Shown here piece after piece: positions 53,647 through 64,000 of a DNA stretch of 64,000 nucleotides. Location: positions 1,944,203-2,008,202 of the forward strand of contig JBJBEO010000001.1 of NCBI GenBank assembly GCA_047284725.1, read 5' to 3'. Each line of letters begins with the position of its first letter. Within the stretch, counting starts at the first letter, position 1. Below the pieces are notes generated by a model that ran no database searches, had not been told where the DNA came from, and saw nothing but the letters and a program-made list of their open reading frames with translations. The DNA comes from Synechococcus sp. (GTDB lineage Bacteria; Cyanobacteriota; Cyanobacteriia; PCC-6307; Cyanobiaceae). The position numbers and the translations under genes were made by a program.

Positions 53647-54531
53647 ATGCCCTTCGGTCCTGCCTCGCTTTTGGGGGTCGAGCGCTTCTCGGACGAGAGT
53701 GAGGCTCCCCTTGAACTGCTTCCCGGTGACGAAGACGCCAAGAAGGAGCAAATCATCCGCGCTGTCTACAAGCAAGTGCTTGGCAACGCCTACGTAATGG
53801 AGAGCGAGCGTCAACTCATAGCTGAATCGCAATTCAAACTTGGTGAGATCAGCGTGCGCGAATTGGTGCGACGCATCGCCAAAAGCGAGCTCTACCGCAG
53901 CCGCTTCTTCGACAGCTGCTCGCGGTATCGGTTTATCGAGCTGGCATTCCGTCACCTGATGGGCCGCGCACCGGAAGACTTTGAAGAGATGCGTGCGCAT
54001 GCCGAACGACTGGATAGCCAAGGCTTCGAGGCCGATATCGATAGTTACCTCGATTCGGCTGACTATCAGAATGCTTATGGCGAATGGACTGTTCCCTTCC
54101 AACGCGGCTGGAAGACCGAATGCTGCACCACACTTCAGGAATTCACTTGGACCTTCAAGCTGCTGCGCGGAAACAGCAGCAGCAGCTTGAAGGGAGACCT
54201 CTCAGGTAAAAGCAGCAAACTTGGGGGTGCTGCCTATCAGAACCTTCCACTCCCAGTGGTTCCACCATCCTCTACACAAACCACTGGTTGGAGCTTCCAA
54301 AGATCCAAGAATCTGGAAGATGCACCGACACGACTTGGTGTTGGTGCCGGTGCTGAAGGCATGAGCTACCGCGTGGAAGTGACTGGGTACAGCGCCAATA
54401 ACGTGCGTCGGATCTCACGCTATACCCGTTGCAACAGGGTCTTTTATGTGCCGTTCGACAAGCTCTCAGAGCAATTCAAACGGATTCACAAGGAAGGCGG
54501 AAAAATCGCAAGTATCACGCCTGTGACCTGA
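53647..54531 (+). CDS. cpeC: PEI-associated rod linker CpeC
   Basis: MPFGPASLLGVERF, linker domain and C-terminal CpcD-like GGKIASITPV. Confidence 0.92.
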   Translation: MPFGPASLLGVERFSDESEAPLELLPGDEDAKKEQIIRAVYKQVLGNAYVMESERQLIAESQFKLGEISVRELVRRIAKSELYRSRFFDSCSRYRFIELAFRHLMGRAPEDFEEMRAHAERLDSQGFEADIDSYLDSADYQNAYGEWTVPFQRGWKTECCTTLQEFTWTFKLLRGNSSSSLKGDLSGKSSKLGGAAYQNLPLPVVPPSSTQTTGWSFQRSKNLEDAPTRLGVGAGAEGMSYRVEVTGYSANNVRRISRYTRCNRVFYVPFDKLSEQFKRIHKEGGKIASITPVT

Positions 54532-54588
54532 GCAATCCAGGAACAAGTATTCAACATCCGACCACTCCAACAACCCCCTCTCTGAACC

Positions 54589-56235
54589 ATGGCTAGCAAT
54601 CAAGTCTCAACCGGATTCGGCGCTGAAACCAAGTGGAGCAGCCCAGTCAGCTTTAAGCACAAAGCGAAGGCGTCCACGAAACCTGCCCTGACGAACGGAG
54701 AGTTCCTCAAACAATCCTGTGATCAAATGAGCACCGGGGTGGGCCCCCGCAGCCATGAAGACTGCCCCCATCGCGTCACATTTGAGTGCTACAGCCCATC
54801 CGATGCCTCAGCACTGAATGAAGTGATCGCCGCCGCCTACCGCCAGGTATTCGGCAACGCCCATGTGATGGACTTCGAGCGTTCAAACGAGCTGGAAGCC
54901 CAGCTTTGCAACGGCGAACTCGACGTTCGCAACTTCATCCGTGGTCTTGCGAAGTCAAGCTTCTACAAAAATCGGTTCTTTGCGGCCGTGGCCCCACAAC
55001 GGGGAATTGAGTTGAACTTCAAACACCTGTTAGGACGCGCACCACACGCTCAATCTGAAGTTTCGGCCAAAATTGCCCTTCAGGCCGAACACGGGCACGA
55101 TGCTCTGATTGACAGCATCATCGACTCTGCCGAATACCTCGAAGTGTTTGGCAGTGATGTCGTTCCTTACGCACGGGCCTGGAATTCCCCAGCAGACCTG
55201 TCAGCAGCAGCATTCCCTATGCTGGCGGCTGTTCAGAAGAGCTTCGCCGGCAGCGATAGTGCCCGAGGCGGAAGCAGCGCACTCACAAGCAGCATGGGTA
55301 GCGGCATCGCACCTCGCATCAGCCTGACTTCTGAAGCAGTAGGTGTACGCCCAAGTGCAAGCTTCACCACCGGCAGGATTGCCAGCAAAGATCCCGGCGT
55401 CACAAGCGGAAAAGATACAGCTCCGATGCGCGGTGATTCGTACGTCTTCTTTGGACTTGGGCAAAGAGAGCAGGAAACGTATCAGCGTTGCCCAGGAGAC
55501 ACCGCCGATCAACTGAGCGCTCTAATCCGAGCCACATACAAACAAGTGATGGGCAACCCCCATCTCATGGAGTTCGAAAGAGCGATTTCCGCTGAAAGTA
55601 AATTCATCGATGGATATCTGAGCACACGCGAATTCGTTCGCGCAATCGGGCTCTCTGCTGAATACAAGAGACGGTTCTTTGAAACCAATGCTCCATACCG
55701 GTTCATTGAGCTGAATTTCAAGCACTTCTTAGGCCGTGCTCCTAAATCTCAAGCAGAGATCAGTGAACACACCCGGATCCTCGCCGAAGGTGGCTACGAA
55801 GCAGAAATCTGCAGCTATGTGGATTGCGAGGAGTACCAAAGCACTTTTGGGGAAGACACTGTTCCGTTCGCACGCATCCTTTCCGAAAATGGGCGTTCAC
55901 AGGTTGCCTTCAACCGCCATCTCAAACTGGCAGAAGGCTATGCAGCGAGTGACACCGTACAAACCAGTTCGGCTCTGGTGACTTCAGTGGCCACTGGCAC
56001 AGTTCCTGGGGGATGGAGCTCCACCACGACACGGATTAACCGCACCGGCACCCAATCTGGGGCAGCCGATCCAACCAAAAAGCGCTTCCGTATTGTTGTT
56101 GCAGCTCAGTCTGCACGGACCCGTCAGCGCACAGCAGGTAGTAGCTACCTTGTGTCGGGGAAGGATATGTCGAGCCAAATGAAGTACATCCATGCTCGTG
56201 GTGGGAAAATCGTATCCATCACTGAGGTGATGTAA
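54589..56235 (+). CDS. mpeD: Double-domain PE rod linker MpeD
   Basis: 548 aa with two linker domains, SCDQMSTGVGPRSHEDCP and a C-terminal CpcD-like domain. Confidence 0.9.
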   Translation: MASNQVSTGFGAETKWSSPVSFKHKAKASTKPALTNGEFLKQSCDQMSTGVGPRSHEDCPHRVTFECYSPSDASALNEVIAAAYRQVFGNAHVMDFERSNELEAQLCNGELDVRNFIRGLAKSSFYKNRFFAAVAPQRGIELNFKHLLGRAPHAQSEVSAKIALQAEHGHDALIDSIIDSAEYLEVFGSDVVPYARAWNSPADLSAAAFPMLAAVQKSFAGSDSARGGSSALTSSMGSGIAPRISLTSEAVGVRPSASFTTGRIASKDPGVTSGKDTAPMRGDSYVFFGLGQREQETYQRCPGDTADQLSALIRATYKQVMGNPHLMEFERAISAESKFIDGYLSTREFVRAIGLSAEYKRRFFETNAPYRFIELNFKHFLGRAPKSQAEISEHTRILAEGGYEAEICSYVDCEEYQSTFGEDTVPFARILSENGRSQVAFNRHLKLAEGYAASDTVQTSSALVTSVATGTVPGGWSSTTTRINRTGTQSGAADPTKKRFRIVVAAQSARTRQRTAGSSYLVSGKDMSSQMKYIHARGGKIVSITEVM

Positions 56236-56317
56236 TTCAGGCAAAAACTCTGAACAATTGGAGCCTCGCAGTAGCAAGGCTCCACAACCTGCCCTTCTCT
56301 CCACTCCCAGATCAACG

Positions 56318-57049
56318 ATGGAAACCACAACACTTTCAGCACCCGCTAATAGCGACCTCGGTCATGCTGAAGAGGTAATTCAGAGCATCTACAAACAGGT
56401 GTTTGGCAATCGTCATCTGATGGAACTGGATGTGAACCAGTCACTTGAGGCCTTGTTCATTAATGGAGACCTGACTGTTCAGGGTTTTGTCACAGCACTA
56501 GCACAATCCGATACATACAAGAAACTATTTTTAGATACCAATAGTGCCTATCGCTTTGTTGAGCTCAATTTCAAACACCTCCTTGGGCGCTCACCCCATG
56601 ACCAAACTGAGCTCAGGGAGCATGTTCGTCGCTTACAAGATGAAGGCTATGAGGCAGAGATAGACAGTTACACATATAGCGAGGAATATCTTGCTTCTTT
56701 TGGAGTCGATCAAGTTCCTTACAACCGTTCTAAGCAGACAGTTGTAGGTGGTAGAACAATCAATTTCACACGATCCAATGCCATGGATGCCGGATTCGCT
56801 GGATTTGATGGCGCAGAGCAGAGCCCGAAGCTGCTGAACAGCCTGACAACTGGAGAGGTCCCAAATATTGTCAATCGCAAGAGTGTTGGTAATGCCAATG
56901 CTTTGACGATTACATGGAGCTCCGGGAAACAGATTGGCGCGAACCGACGTGCTGTACAAAAATCGGTCGTTAGCCAAAGCTCAATGTCTTCCACAATTCA
57001 GAGCATTCTGGCCCAAAAAGGAAAGATCCTCTCTATTGCGAAGGCTTAA
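56318..57049 (+). CDS. cpeE: PE rod linker CpeE
   Basis: IYKQVFGNRHLMELD linker domain and GKILSIAKA end. Follows mpeD. Confidence 0.88.
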   Translation: METTTLSAPANSDLGHAEEVIQSIYKQVFGNRHLMELDVNQSLEALFINGDLTVQGFVTALAQSDTYKKLFLDTNSAYRFVELNFKHLLGRSPHDQTELREHVRRLQDEGYEAEIDSYTYSEEYLASFGVDQVPYNRSKQTVVGGRTINFTRSNAMDAGFAGFDGAEQSPKLLNSLTTGEVPNIVNRKSVGNANALTITWSSGKQIGANRRAVQKSVVSQSSMSSTIQSILAQKGKILSIAKA

Positions 57050-57175
57050 GTCTTTCTGGATCACCGCTCTCCTCTACAGCCGAATCTGCGATGATTGAGA
57101 TTGGGCAAAATCCATCCTCAATCATCTCAGAGAAACCAGTTGTAACTGCCAGGCCAGCCTAAAGAGTCACAAACC

Positions 57176-57361
57176 ATGCCAATCCTCAGAAATACAACAA
57201 GCAAACAATCCAATCAAACAGACGAGTTTCAAAATTCTGTTTCTTCAAGCCCCATGGCCATGTCAATGATGGTCGACTCAATGGTGAGCATGATGAAGAA
57301 CAACCTTGATCAAAATCCAGGAGACACACCCGACTCAACAACCAATAACCATGAATATTGA
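57176..57361 (+). CDS. Small conserved hypothetical protein (unk6-like)
   Basis: SPMAMSMMVDSMVSMM Met-rich core. Overlaps the cpeS start. Confidence 0.65.
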   Translation: MPILRNTTSKQSNQTDEFQNSVSSSPMAMSMMVDSMVSMMKNNLDQNPGDTPDSTTNNHEY

Positions 57362-57887
57362 GCAATTCGTTGCTCAAAGCATTGGTGAATGGCGATCGAT
57401 GCGCTCGGGCCACTCACTGGCTTTTCAACAATTCGAAGATGTTTTAAGTGAAATTTCAATCAAAGAGATAGATCAAAAAACTGAATCAATCGCAAACTTG
57501 ATAGAAAAATCAAGATTCTCCTCTGAGTCAGAAATCAAATCCCCATTCACAATGGAATGGAGCGCAGAGAGTGATTGGGAGCCCGATGATCCAAGCGAAG
57601 TATCCAGCGGATCATGCATCATCGTGCCCATACCAAATGATAATCATTCAGGGCATCTTCTGAGAAGCATGGGTTACGCAGAGTCTGTACCAGCAGAATC
57701 AGAATACCGATTCCTCGAAGACGGAACATTTATACTCACAACCCAATACGATCAATCGATTGCAGAGGAGCGAATCTGGTTTTTATCAGACAACTTAAGA
57801 TGCAGATCATCAGTCCTAAAAACTTCAGCAGGCTCTGGCATCTTGCAAACCTCATTTGCATCTGAGGTCAAAAGAATCAGCGCATAA
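57351..57887 (+). CDS. cpeS: Phycobiliprotein lyase, S/U family
   Basis: SIGEWRSMRSGHSLAF, EERIWF and TSFASEVKR. Confidence 0.92.
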   Translation: MNIEQFVAQSIGEWRSMRSGHSLAFQQFEDVLSEISIKEIDQKTESIANLIEKSRFSSESEIKSPFTMEWSAESDWEPDDPSEVSSGSCIIVPIPNDNHSGHLLRSMGYAESVPAESEYRFLEDGTFILTTQYDQSIAEERIWFLSDNLRCRSSVLKTSAGSGILQTSFASEVKRISA

Positions 57888-57905
57888 AAGACAATCATTT
57901 CAAAA

Positions 57906-58517
57906 ATGTCTCAAGTGAATATTATACGGTTCGCGGAAACACTGGCTGGCATTTATGATAATTTTGCTCAGTCTCAGGCGAATCCAAAAGACTTTGCTCG
58001 CATCAATATTGTATTCAGGCCGTTACCAAGGGATATCTTTAACGGACCAGGATTTTATTCTGAGCAATACTACGACCACTCCCCCTGGGATCCCTATCGC
58101 CAAGGCATCCATCGCCTTACGATTAAAGACAAGACATATGTAATGGAGAACTTTGGATTCCCAAATAAAGAAAGACTTGCAGGTGCTGGACGAGTTCCAG
58201 AACTGCTGGACTCAATTAACAAAGAAAATCTTGAGGCTCGTTGTGGATGCGCAATGCATTTTGTTGAAAGCAACTCAGGCCATTACATTGGTAATGTTGA
58301 GCCTGGGAAAAAATGCCTTGTCCCTAGAGATGGAAAACTAACGTATTTAGTTAGCGAAGTCGAAGTCAATGAGGAGACCTGGATTAGTCGTGATCGAGGA
58401 TTTGATCCAGAGACAGATGAGCCCAAATGGGGATCTGAACATGGCCCACTTCGTTTTGCGAGGATTCAATCATTTTCTGAATTAATAACGGAAGAATGGG
58501 CTAGAAGAGACCCTTAG
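57906..58517 (+). CDS. cpeT: Phycobiliprotein lyase, T family
   Basis: DNFAQSQANP, YSEQYY, PYRQ, SRDRGFD and WGSEHGP. Confidence 0.92.
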   Translation: MSQVNIIRFAETLAGIYDNFAQSQANPKDFARINIVFRPLPRDIFNGPGFYSEQYYDHSPWDPYRQGIHRLTIKDKTYVMENFGFPNKERLAGAGRVPELLDSINKENLEARCGCAMHFVESNSGHYIGNVEPGKKCLVPRDGKLTYLVSEVEVNEETWISRDRGFDPETDEPKWGSEHGPLRFARIQSFSELITEEWARRDP

Positions 58518-58520
58518 AAT

Positions 58521-58826
58521 ATGCAAGATAGCCAGAAGCAAATCAAAAGCTGGATACGATCACAACACTTGATTTGCGCAGGGACTGATTTTATTTTTGA
58601 GACGGTAGATCAAACACAACTTGAGAAATTTGAACAGTGTATTGAAAAACTTGGTGGACGGGTGAGGAGTGTAAAAGCAGTGGGTAACTGGCCCATGGGG
58701 CCAAACAGATCCTTTAAAATCCTAAGAGCGATTGCAAGCGTACCTAGGCCAGGAGGGGAAGAACTTGTTACATACTGGGCAAAAAAAGGAAGCAATCAGA
58801 CACGTTACTCAGAGATTAACAGCTGA
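58521..58826 (+). CDS. cpeR: Phycoerythrin regulator CpeR
   Basis: WIRSQHLIC.G..FIFETVD and YWAKKGS. Confidence 0.9.
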   Translation: MQDSQKQIKSWIRSQHLICAGTDFIFETVDQTQLEKFEQCIEKLGGRVRSVKAVGNWPMGPNRSFKILRAIASVPRPGGEELVTYWAKKGSNQTRYSEINS

Positions 58827-58827
58827 T

Positions 58828-59049
58828 TCAATCTTCAAACCAACCCAACCATGTAGGCCTTGAGAAATCACTATGCTTATTCCACTTACGAAGAATAGCA
58901 AGAGGATCCAATGAAAAACCTTTCGCTTGAGCAATAGCTATGATCTCGTCTTGATTACGTGCAGATTTGATCTCATCCCTCAAGGCTTGATCAGAACGCG
59001 CAAGCAATATAAAATTCTCAAGCAACTGATCTTGTTCAGCATCAGACAT
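58828..59049 (-). CDS. Nif11-like small protein (unk7-9 group)
   Basis: LENFILLARSDQALRDEI...IIAIAQAKGFSL. Confidence 0.8.
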   Translation of the reverse strand: MSDAEQDQLLENFILLARSDQALRDEIKSARNQDEIIAIAQAKGFSLDPLAILRKWNKHSDFSRPTWLGWFED

Positions 59050-59082
59050 AAGAATCGGAAGCCAAGTTGATGGTTTGGGGAT

Positions 59083-59379
59083 TCAAGACCGACCGTCTCC
59101 AGCACCCTCCATTAGCATAGCCCTCCAGGAAGACAGTTGGCGAAATGCCCACGACCAGTGACCAGGATCAGCCAGACGAATGGACTCTTGAACGGCACTT
59201 GACTGATTCAGCAAATCCTGCTGATGCAAATCAGACCATTCTGAAAGCGTAAAGTCAAATCCCTGCTGTTGTCCATAGGCAATGATTTGTTGATGCGTAG
59301 TGAGGGGCTTGAGCCCAGTAGCCAACTCATGGGAGCGGACCACAGAATCAACAAAACGAGTTAACTCATGAGAAGACAT
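59083..59379 (-). CDS. Nif11-like protein (unk7-9 group)
   Basis: MSSHELTRFV...IIAYGQQQGFDFT..EW. TGATG overlap with the upstream gene. Confidence 0.8.
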   Translation of the reverse strand: MSSHELTRFVDSVVRSHELATGLKPLTTHQQIIAYGQQQGFDFTLSEWSDLHQQDLLNQSSAVQESIRLADPGHWSWAFRQLSSWRAMLMEGAGDGRS

Positions 59380-59699
59380 CAGCAACTCTCGATCCAAACA
59401 GCAAAATTTGCTTTTTTACAGATTAGTTGCAAGACCAACGGCCCACCAGGACAGCGAAGTAGGCGCCAGGGAATCTCTTGACTCGTAACTCCAGAATTCA
59501 CAAGAATCTTAGGAGGCAGTGTTGCCTGCTCCAAAGGGATCACAGCAGCTCCTGTCAGCGTCGGATCAGCCGACTGAACGAGATTACGGAGGGCTTCAAT
59601 ATCTTCAACCTGGTTCAACTGATCCTGAAGCGCAGATTGAGAAACAATTGAATCCACAAAACGATGCAGAGCTTGCTCCACCTCAGCCGAGACAGGCAT
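59379..59699 (-). CDS. Conserved hypothetical protein (unk7-9 group)
   Basis: ALHRFVDSI..LQDQLN N-terminus and PWRLLRCPGGPLVLQLIC C-terminus. Confidence 0.8.
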   Translation of the reverse strand: MPVSAEVEQALHRFVDSIVSQSALQDQLNQVEDIEALRNLVQSADPTLTGAAVIPLEQATLPPKILVNSGVTSQEIPWRLLRCPGGPLVLQLICKKANFAVWIESC

Positions 59700-59819
59700 A
59701 AAACAGAAAGAATCTATACGCTACATTAGCAGACACAAGGCATAATCCCAAAACGCCAGCGGAGTGGCAGAAAACAGTAAGATGCCAAAGGCATTTTTAG
59801 AAAACAGCTCACATCGATC

Positions 59820-61016
59820 ATGGCTGAACGATTCGATATTTTATTCGAAGGTCTATCAGAAGAGAAAGCGTTAGAGTTACTGAGAACCAATCCTGAAGAT
59901 CTCTCCAATCCCGTCGAGAAATACACAGCCGCTACAAGGCTGGCTGCCAGTCGTAGCGAGCAATCTCTGGAAGGCTTGATTGAAGCCATTCAACTAGATC
60001 CAGAAAATCTATTCAACCGGATCACAAGGCGAAAAGTGCTGGAAGCACTGGGGAGGAGAAGAGATGCCCGTGCTTTGCCTGCACTTTTTACAGCTCTCGC
60101 GTTCGACGACGAAACATCGGTGATCAACGCGGTGGATTCGATTGCACAGATTGGAGCAGCTCTCAACAGCAATCAAAGCCAGAAGCTTCTTTGTGCACTC
60201 CGTGGCAGCGACAACCAGAAGCGTTCTGTGATTCAAACCCACACTCGTCTTGGCCTGGCCGGCGGTGAAGAGGAAATAGCAGCCCTTGAACAGGAGGAGA
60301 ACCCGCTCGTGGCCGGAGCAGCACGTGCTTACGCAGCTAGGGTTCACGGTCGATTGGATCGACTCGTACCGTTGATCCATCAACTGACGGATTCCATTGC
60401 TGGAAGACGGCGGGCGGCTGTGATCGACCTGGGTGATGCCGGGGACGTCAGCATGCTTCCCCATTTAGTGACATGCCCGGTCTCAATGCCTTTGCGGGCA
60501 AAAAGTGCCTTTCAGCTCGTCGATCCAGAAAAGACGGGGACGGTTCCACCAGCACATAGGGATCTCATCATTCAACTCCTGCAAGATGACCCCGCAATGC
60601 TTTCACTTCAAAAAGACTGGATCTGCAGCAGCAACTTGACGGAAATTGAAAAAAATTTACAACATAGAGACGAAGGGAAACAATATGGAGGGGCATTAAG
60701 CCTCATGAATATGCCCCAAAAGCTGCAGATTGAGACAATTGATCAACTCCGCTCTCGATACTGGAGTGATTACGGAGCCAACTATCTCTTGACAGCAGTT
60801 GTTGGCCTGAAAAACGTTCAAGAGCGCAGTGATGTCGTACGCACCGCATTGGCGGAGACACTGCCGCAGTACGCGAAGTCACGCGTTGCGGCCGCTTGGG
60901 CATGCCTGAGACTCGGACTGACAGACCAAGTGGAACTTCTCAGGGACATTCAAAACACTGCGACCTGGATACCACTCAAATGGAGCTGCGAACACGCCCT
61001 TAAAGGCTTGTCATAA
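59820..61016 (+). CDS. mpeY: E/F-clan PEII phycobilin lyase MpeY
   Basis: MAERFD, HEAT repeats, HRDE(282-285) and Y318-G319. Directly upstream of mpeBA. Confidence 0.88.
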   Translation: MAERFDILFEGLSEEKALELLRTNPEDLSNPVEKYTAATRLAASRSEQSLEGLIEAIQLDPENLFNRITRRKVLEALGRRRDARALPALFTALAFDDETSVINAVDSIAQIGAALNSNQSQKLLCALRGSDNQKRSVIQTHTRLGLAGGEEEIAALEQEENPLVAGAARAYAARVHGRLDRLVPLIHQLTDSIAGRRRAAVIDLGDAGDVSMLPHLVTCPVSMPLRAKSAFQLVDPEKTGTVPPAHRDLIIQLLQDDPAMLSLQKDWICSSNLTEIEKNLQHRDEGKQYGGALSLMNMPQKLQIETIDQLRSRYWSDYGANYLLTAVVGLKNVQERSDVVRTALAETLPQYAKSRVAAAWACLRLGLTDQVELLRDIQNTATWIPLKWSCEHALKGLS

Positions 61017-61173
61017 ATACTGCAAACGCTGCGCTTTGCTTCCCGGAAACGACAGGCCCATTCGGTTCCAATTTTTTTTACATTTCGCGCTGGGCTCACT
61101 TTTGCAAACTTGTGTGTCCTCACATTCCGGTTCAGGCTCGTGGGCCAGCAACCAGGGGTACTGTCATTCGTGA

Positions 61174-61749
<576 letters not shown>

Positions 61750-61792
61750 ACCAAGTCTTTTTGATCGTCCAACCCTAACTAGCTTCTAAATC

Positions 61793-62290
61793 ATGAAGTC
61801 CGTCATCACCACCGTTGTCGGCGCAGCCGACAGTGCATCCCGCTTCCCCTCCGCCTCCGACATGGAGTCCGTGCAGGGTTCCATCCAACGCGCTGCTGCC
61901 CGTCTGGAAGCTGCTGAGAAGCTGGCCTCCAACTACGACGGCATCGCTCAGCGTGCTGTTGACGCTGTGTACGCCCAGTACCCCAACGGCGCCACCGGCC
62001 GCCAGCCTCGTAAGTGTGCCACCGAAGGCAAAGAGAAGTGCAAGCGTGACTTCGTTCACTACCTGCGTCTGATCAACTACTGCCTGGTCACCGGCGGCAC
62101 CGGCCCTCTGGACGAGCTGGCCATCAACGGTCAGAAGGAAGTCTACAAGGCTCTGAGCATCGACGCTGGCACCTACGTTGCTGGTTTCGCCAACATGCGT
62201 AACGACGGTTGCGCCCCTCGCGACATGAGCCCCCAGGCTCTGACCGCCTACAACACCCTGCTGGACTACGTGATCAACTCCCTCGGCTGA
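61793..62290 (+). CDS. mpeA: Phycoerythrin II alpha subunit
   Basis: [29 protein letters not shown] carries Cys75 and Cys83; GCAPRD carries Cys140. Confidence 0.97.
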   Translation: MKSVITTVVGAADSASRFPSASDMESVQGSIQRAAARLEAAEKLASNYDGIAQRAVDAVYAQYPNGATGRQPRKCATEGKEKCKRDFVHYLRLINYCLVTGGTGPLDELAINGQKEVYKALSIDAGTYVAGFANMRNDGCAPRDMSPQALTAYNTLLDYVINSLG

Positions 62291-62330
62291 TCTTTCAGCT
62301 TAGCTGTTAATCACTTCGGCAATGTGAATT

Positions 62331-62360
62331 GGGTGGGCAATACTGCCCACCCTTTTTTTT
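62331..62360 (+). terminator. mpeBA terminator
   Basis: GGGTGGGCA-ATAC-TGCCCACCC plus T8. Confidence 0.9.
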
Positions 62361-62657
62361 ACCGCTGGAATGAGTTCAAAACCAATCAAGCTATTCAGCT
62401 TCGAAAGGTATCAGTCCATGCCAAGAGCATTGCCGGAATAGAGGCGTGAGCCAAAACCGCCAGGGCAAAAACTCCCTTATCAAACAATTAGCCAGTTGGC
62501 TCTAGTACATAAAACAAGTGTTGACAGCAAAAAGCTACCTAGAACAAGTTCTTGATGCTGCAACCTTTGTCAATGACGTAACTCTTGAGGTGCATACACA
62601 ACAGCATTGATCAGGAGTGAGTCCCGACAAAAAGTAATTCTCATCCCAATTCTCATC

Positions 62658-63539
62658 ATGCTCGGCACAGAAACCAGCCTGAAAGCCCTCACTTCAGCCA
62701 CCAGAACAGGGCCCGCGTCATTCTCCACATCAAGCAAAGCTGGCAAAAACACCGTTCCTCGCACCGTTGCAGGCGCCATTGCTGAGTACAAGCGTCAGCA
62801 TTGTGCTGCGATGGGGATTGGTATTGGACCAAGGCTGCACTCTGAGTGCCCCTTCGGAGTCACCTTTGATCAATACAGCCCAGAGAGCACAGCAGCACTG
62901 GAACGTGTGATTGTTGCTGCTTACCGTCAAGTGCTCGGCAACCTCCCTCCAACAGACAACCAGCGTGAAACTTCTCTGGAAGTTCGCCTGATGAATGGCG
63001 AGATCACAGTCCGTGATTTCGTGAATGGGTTAGCAAAGTCTGACTTCTACAAAGCCAACTTCTTCCATGCTGTTGGTGCTCAGCGTGGAATCGAACTGAA
63101 CTACAAGCATGTGCTCGGCCGAGCTCCTTTAAATCAGGCTGAAGTTCAGGCAAGCATTAAGCTGCAAGCCGAGGAAGGCTTTGATGCTCTGATTGACAGC
63201 TTGACTGATTCAGCTGAATACACAGAAGTTTTTGGCTCTGACATCGTTCCTTACGACCGCAGTCAAGATTCCTACGCAGGTATGTTTACACGTACCTTCA
63301 ACCTGATGCGTGAATTGGGTGGCACGAAGGTTGCCGTCAGTGATAATGCACAGGGCCGTAACAGCCGTACGGTGAATCCCTTGGCCATTGCAGCTCGCGA
63401 GAGTGCAAAGCCAATGCCATTCTCTTATACAGCAGTTTCTCGCACTCCGGTCAAACTGCCTCAGCAACAGTACACTGGCCACCAGACACCGAAGATGACT
63501 GACTACGTCGCCTTCCGTCCGTTCGGAGTTCACTTCTGA
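62658..63539 (+). CDS. mpeC: PEII gamma subunit / linker MpeC
   Basis: MLGTETSL, HCAAMGIGIGPRLHSECPF and linker domain. Follows mpeA. Confidence 0.92.
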   Translation: MLGTETSLKALTSATRTGPASFSTSSKAGKNTVPRTVAGAIAEYKRQHCAAMGIGIGPRLHSECPFGVTFDQYSPESTAALERVIVAAYRQVLGNLPPTDNQRETSLEVRLMNGEITVRDFVNGLAKSDFYKANFFHAVGAQRGIELNYKHVLGRAPLNQAEVQASIKLQAEEGFDALIDSLTDSAEYTEVFGSDIVPYDRSQDSYAGMFTRTFNLMRELGGTKVAVSDNAQGRNSRTVNPLAIAARESAKPMPFSYTAVSRTPVKLPQQQYTGHQTPKMTDYVAFRPFGVHF

Positions 63540-63571
63540 TTTGACAGAAGTCGAATAACTGCTCAAAGTTC

Positions 63572-63606
63572 AGCCTCCTCTGACTACGGTCTGAGGAGGC
63601 TTTTTT
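63572..63606 (+). terminator. mpeC terminator
   Basis: AGCCTCCTC...GAGGAGGCT plus T-tract. Confidence 0.85.
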
Positions 63607-63683
63607 AATTTCTCAAATCAAACAGATAAACTGCTAAATTCAATCAGAATCAGCTAGAGTCTCTCAACAAATTAGAGTTAATA

Positions 63684-64000
63684 ATGACCGAGCTTTCTGG
63701 AAACGCTCCAACGCTTGAGGTTGGGGAACTAACTGAAGATGAGGCCTACCAGCTGGCGGAAGCGTTGAAACTTCAACTTACAAACCAGCAACTACCCAGC
63801 TCAGATGAGGCATCGATCAAAAAAATGGTGGCCGGATTGGGTGACCAGCGTGGAGCCCTCAGGCTCACATTTGCGCAAAGTCTGGGCTCAGTAGGCGAAG
63901 CAGCGATCCCAATTTTGTGCGTGGCCTTGAAATCAAATCCCAATGTTGTCATCAGACGAGCATCTGCCAAAACACTCAATATCATCGGAAGTGAATTAGC
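63684..64000 (+). CDS. mpeU: HEAT-repeat phycobilin lyase-like protein MpeU, 3'-truncated by the window
   Basis: Manual translation MTELSGNAP...MVAGLGDQRGALRLTFAQSLGSVG...RRASAKTLNIIG. Follows mpeC. Confidence 0.85.
   Translation, partial: MTELSGNAPTLEVGELTEDEAYQLAEALKLQLTNQQLPSSDEASIKKMVAGLGDQRGALRLTFAQSLGSVGEAAIPILCVALKSNPNVVIRRASAKTLNIIGSEL

Noticed and set aside
58828..59699. Nif11-like genes as prochlorosin-type RiPP precursors
   Set aside because: No GG/GA cleavage site or variable core, no LanM or transporter, and standard PEII-region synteny.

Overview
This is a chromosomal window from a phycoerythrin-II-containing marine Synechococcus. The evidence is the 16S/23S rRNA, psbB/T/M, psaE, petBD and the mpeBA region. 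Most of it is core genome: rsmI, a GH13-glpK-glpD-treS sugar/glycerol cluster, recQ, psaE-mutM, a complete minus-strand rRNA operon, invertase, petBD, ctpA, minCDE, tsaC-prmC-dprA, psbB-psbT-nrdR-rps1 and metK. From tRNA-Phe (47934) to the window end lies the 5' half of the phycobilisome rod region (aplA, cpcL, linkers, cpeS/T/R, Nif11-like genes, mpeY, mpeBA, mpeC, mpeU). The one clearly accessory region follows tRNA-Arg(TCT), at about 2061-7970. Its first 3.7 kb is bounded by a degenerate direct copy of the tRNA 3' half (5771-5808) and by a pair of 20-bp inverted sites (2126-2145 and 5681-5700). It contains no recognisable intact integrase. It carries mostly microproteins below the 60-aa ORF cut-off, including a twin-CX3C protein behind a Fur-like box and a translationally coupled pair of 27-28 aa peptides, plus a perfect 20-bp (CTAG)3 hairpin. 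Other regulatory candidates are tandem NrdR-box-like sites before recQ and a LexA-like box before dprA. No CRISPR array or transposase was seen. All calls come from reading the sequence and remembered family motifs; no searches were run.
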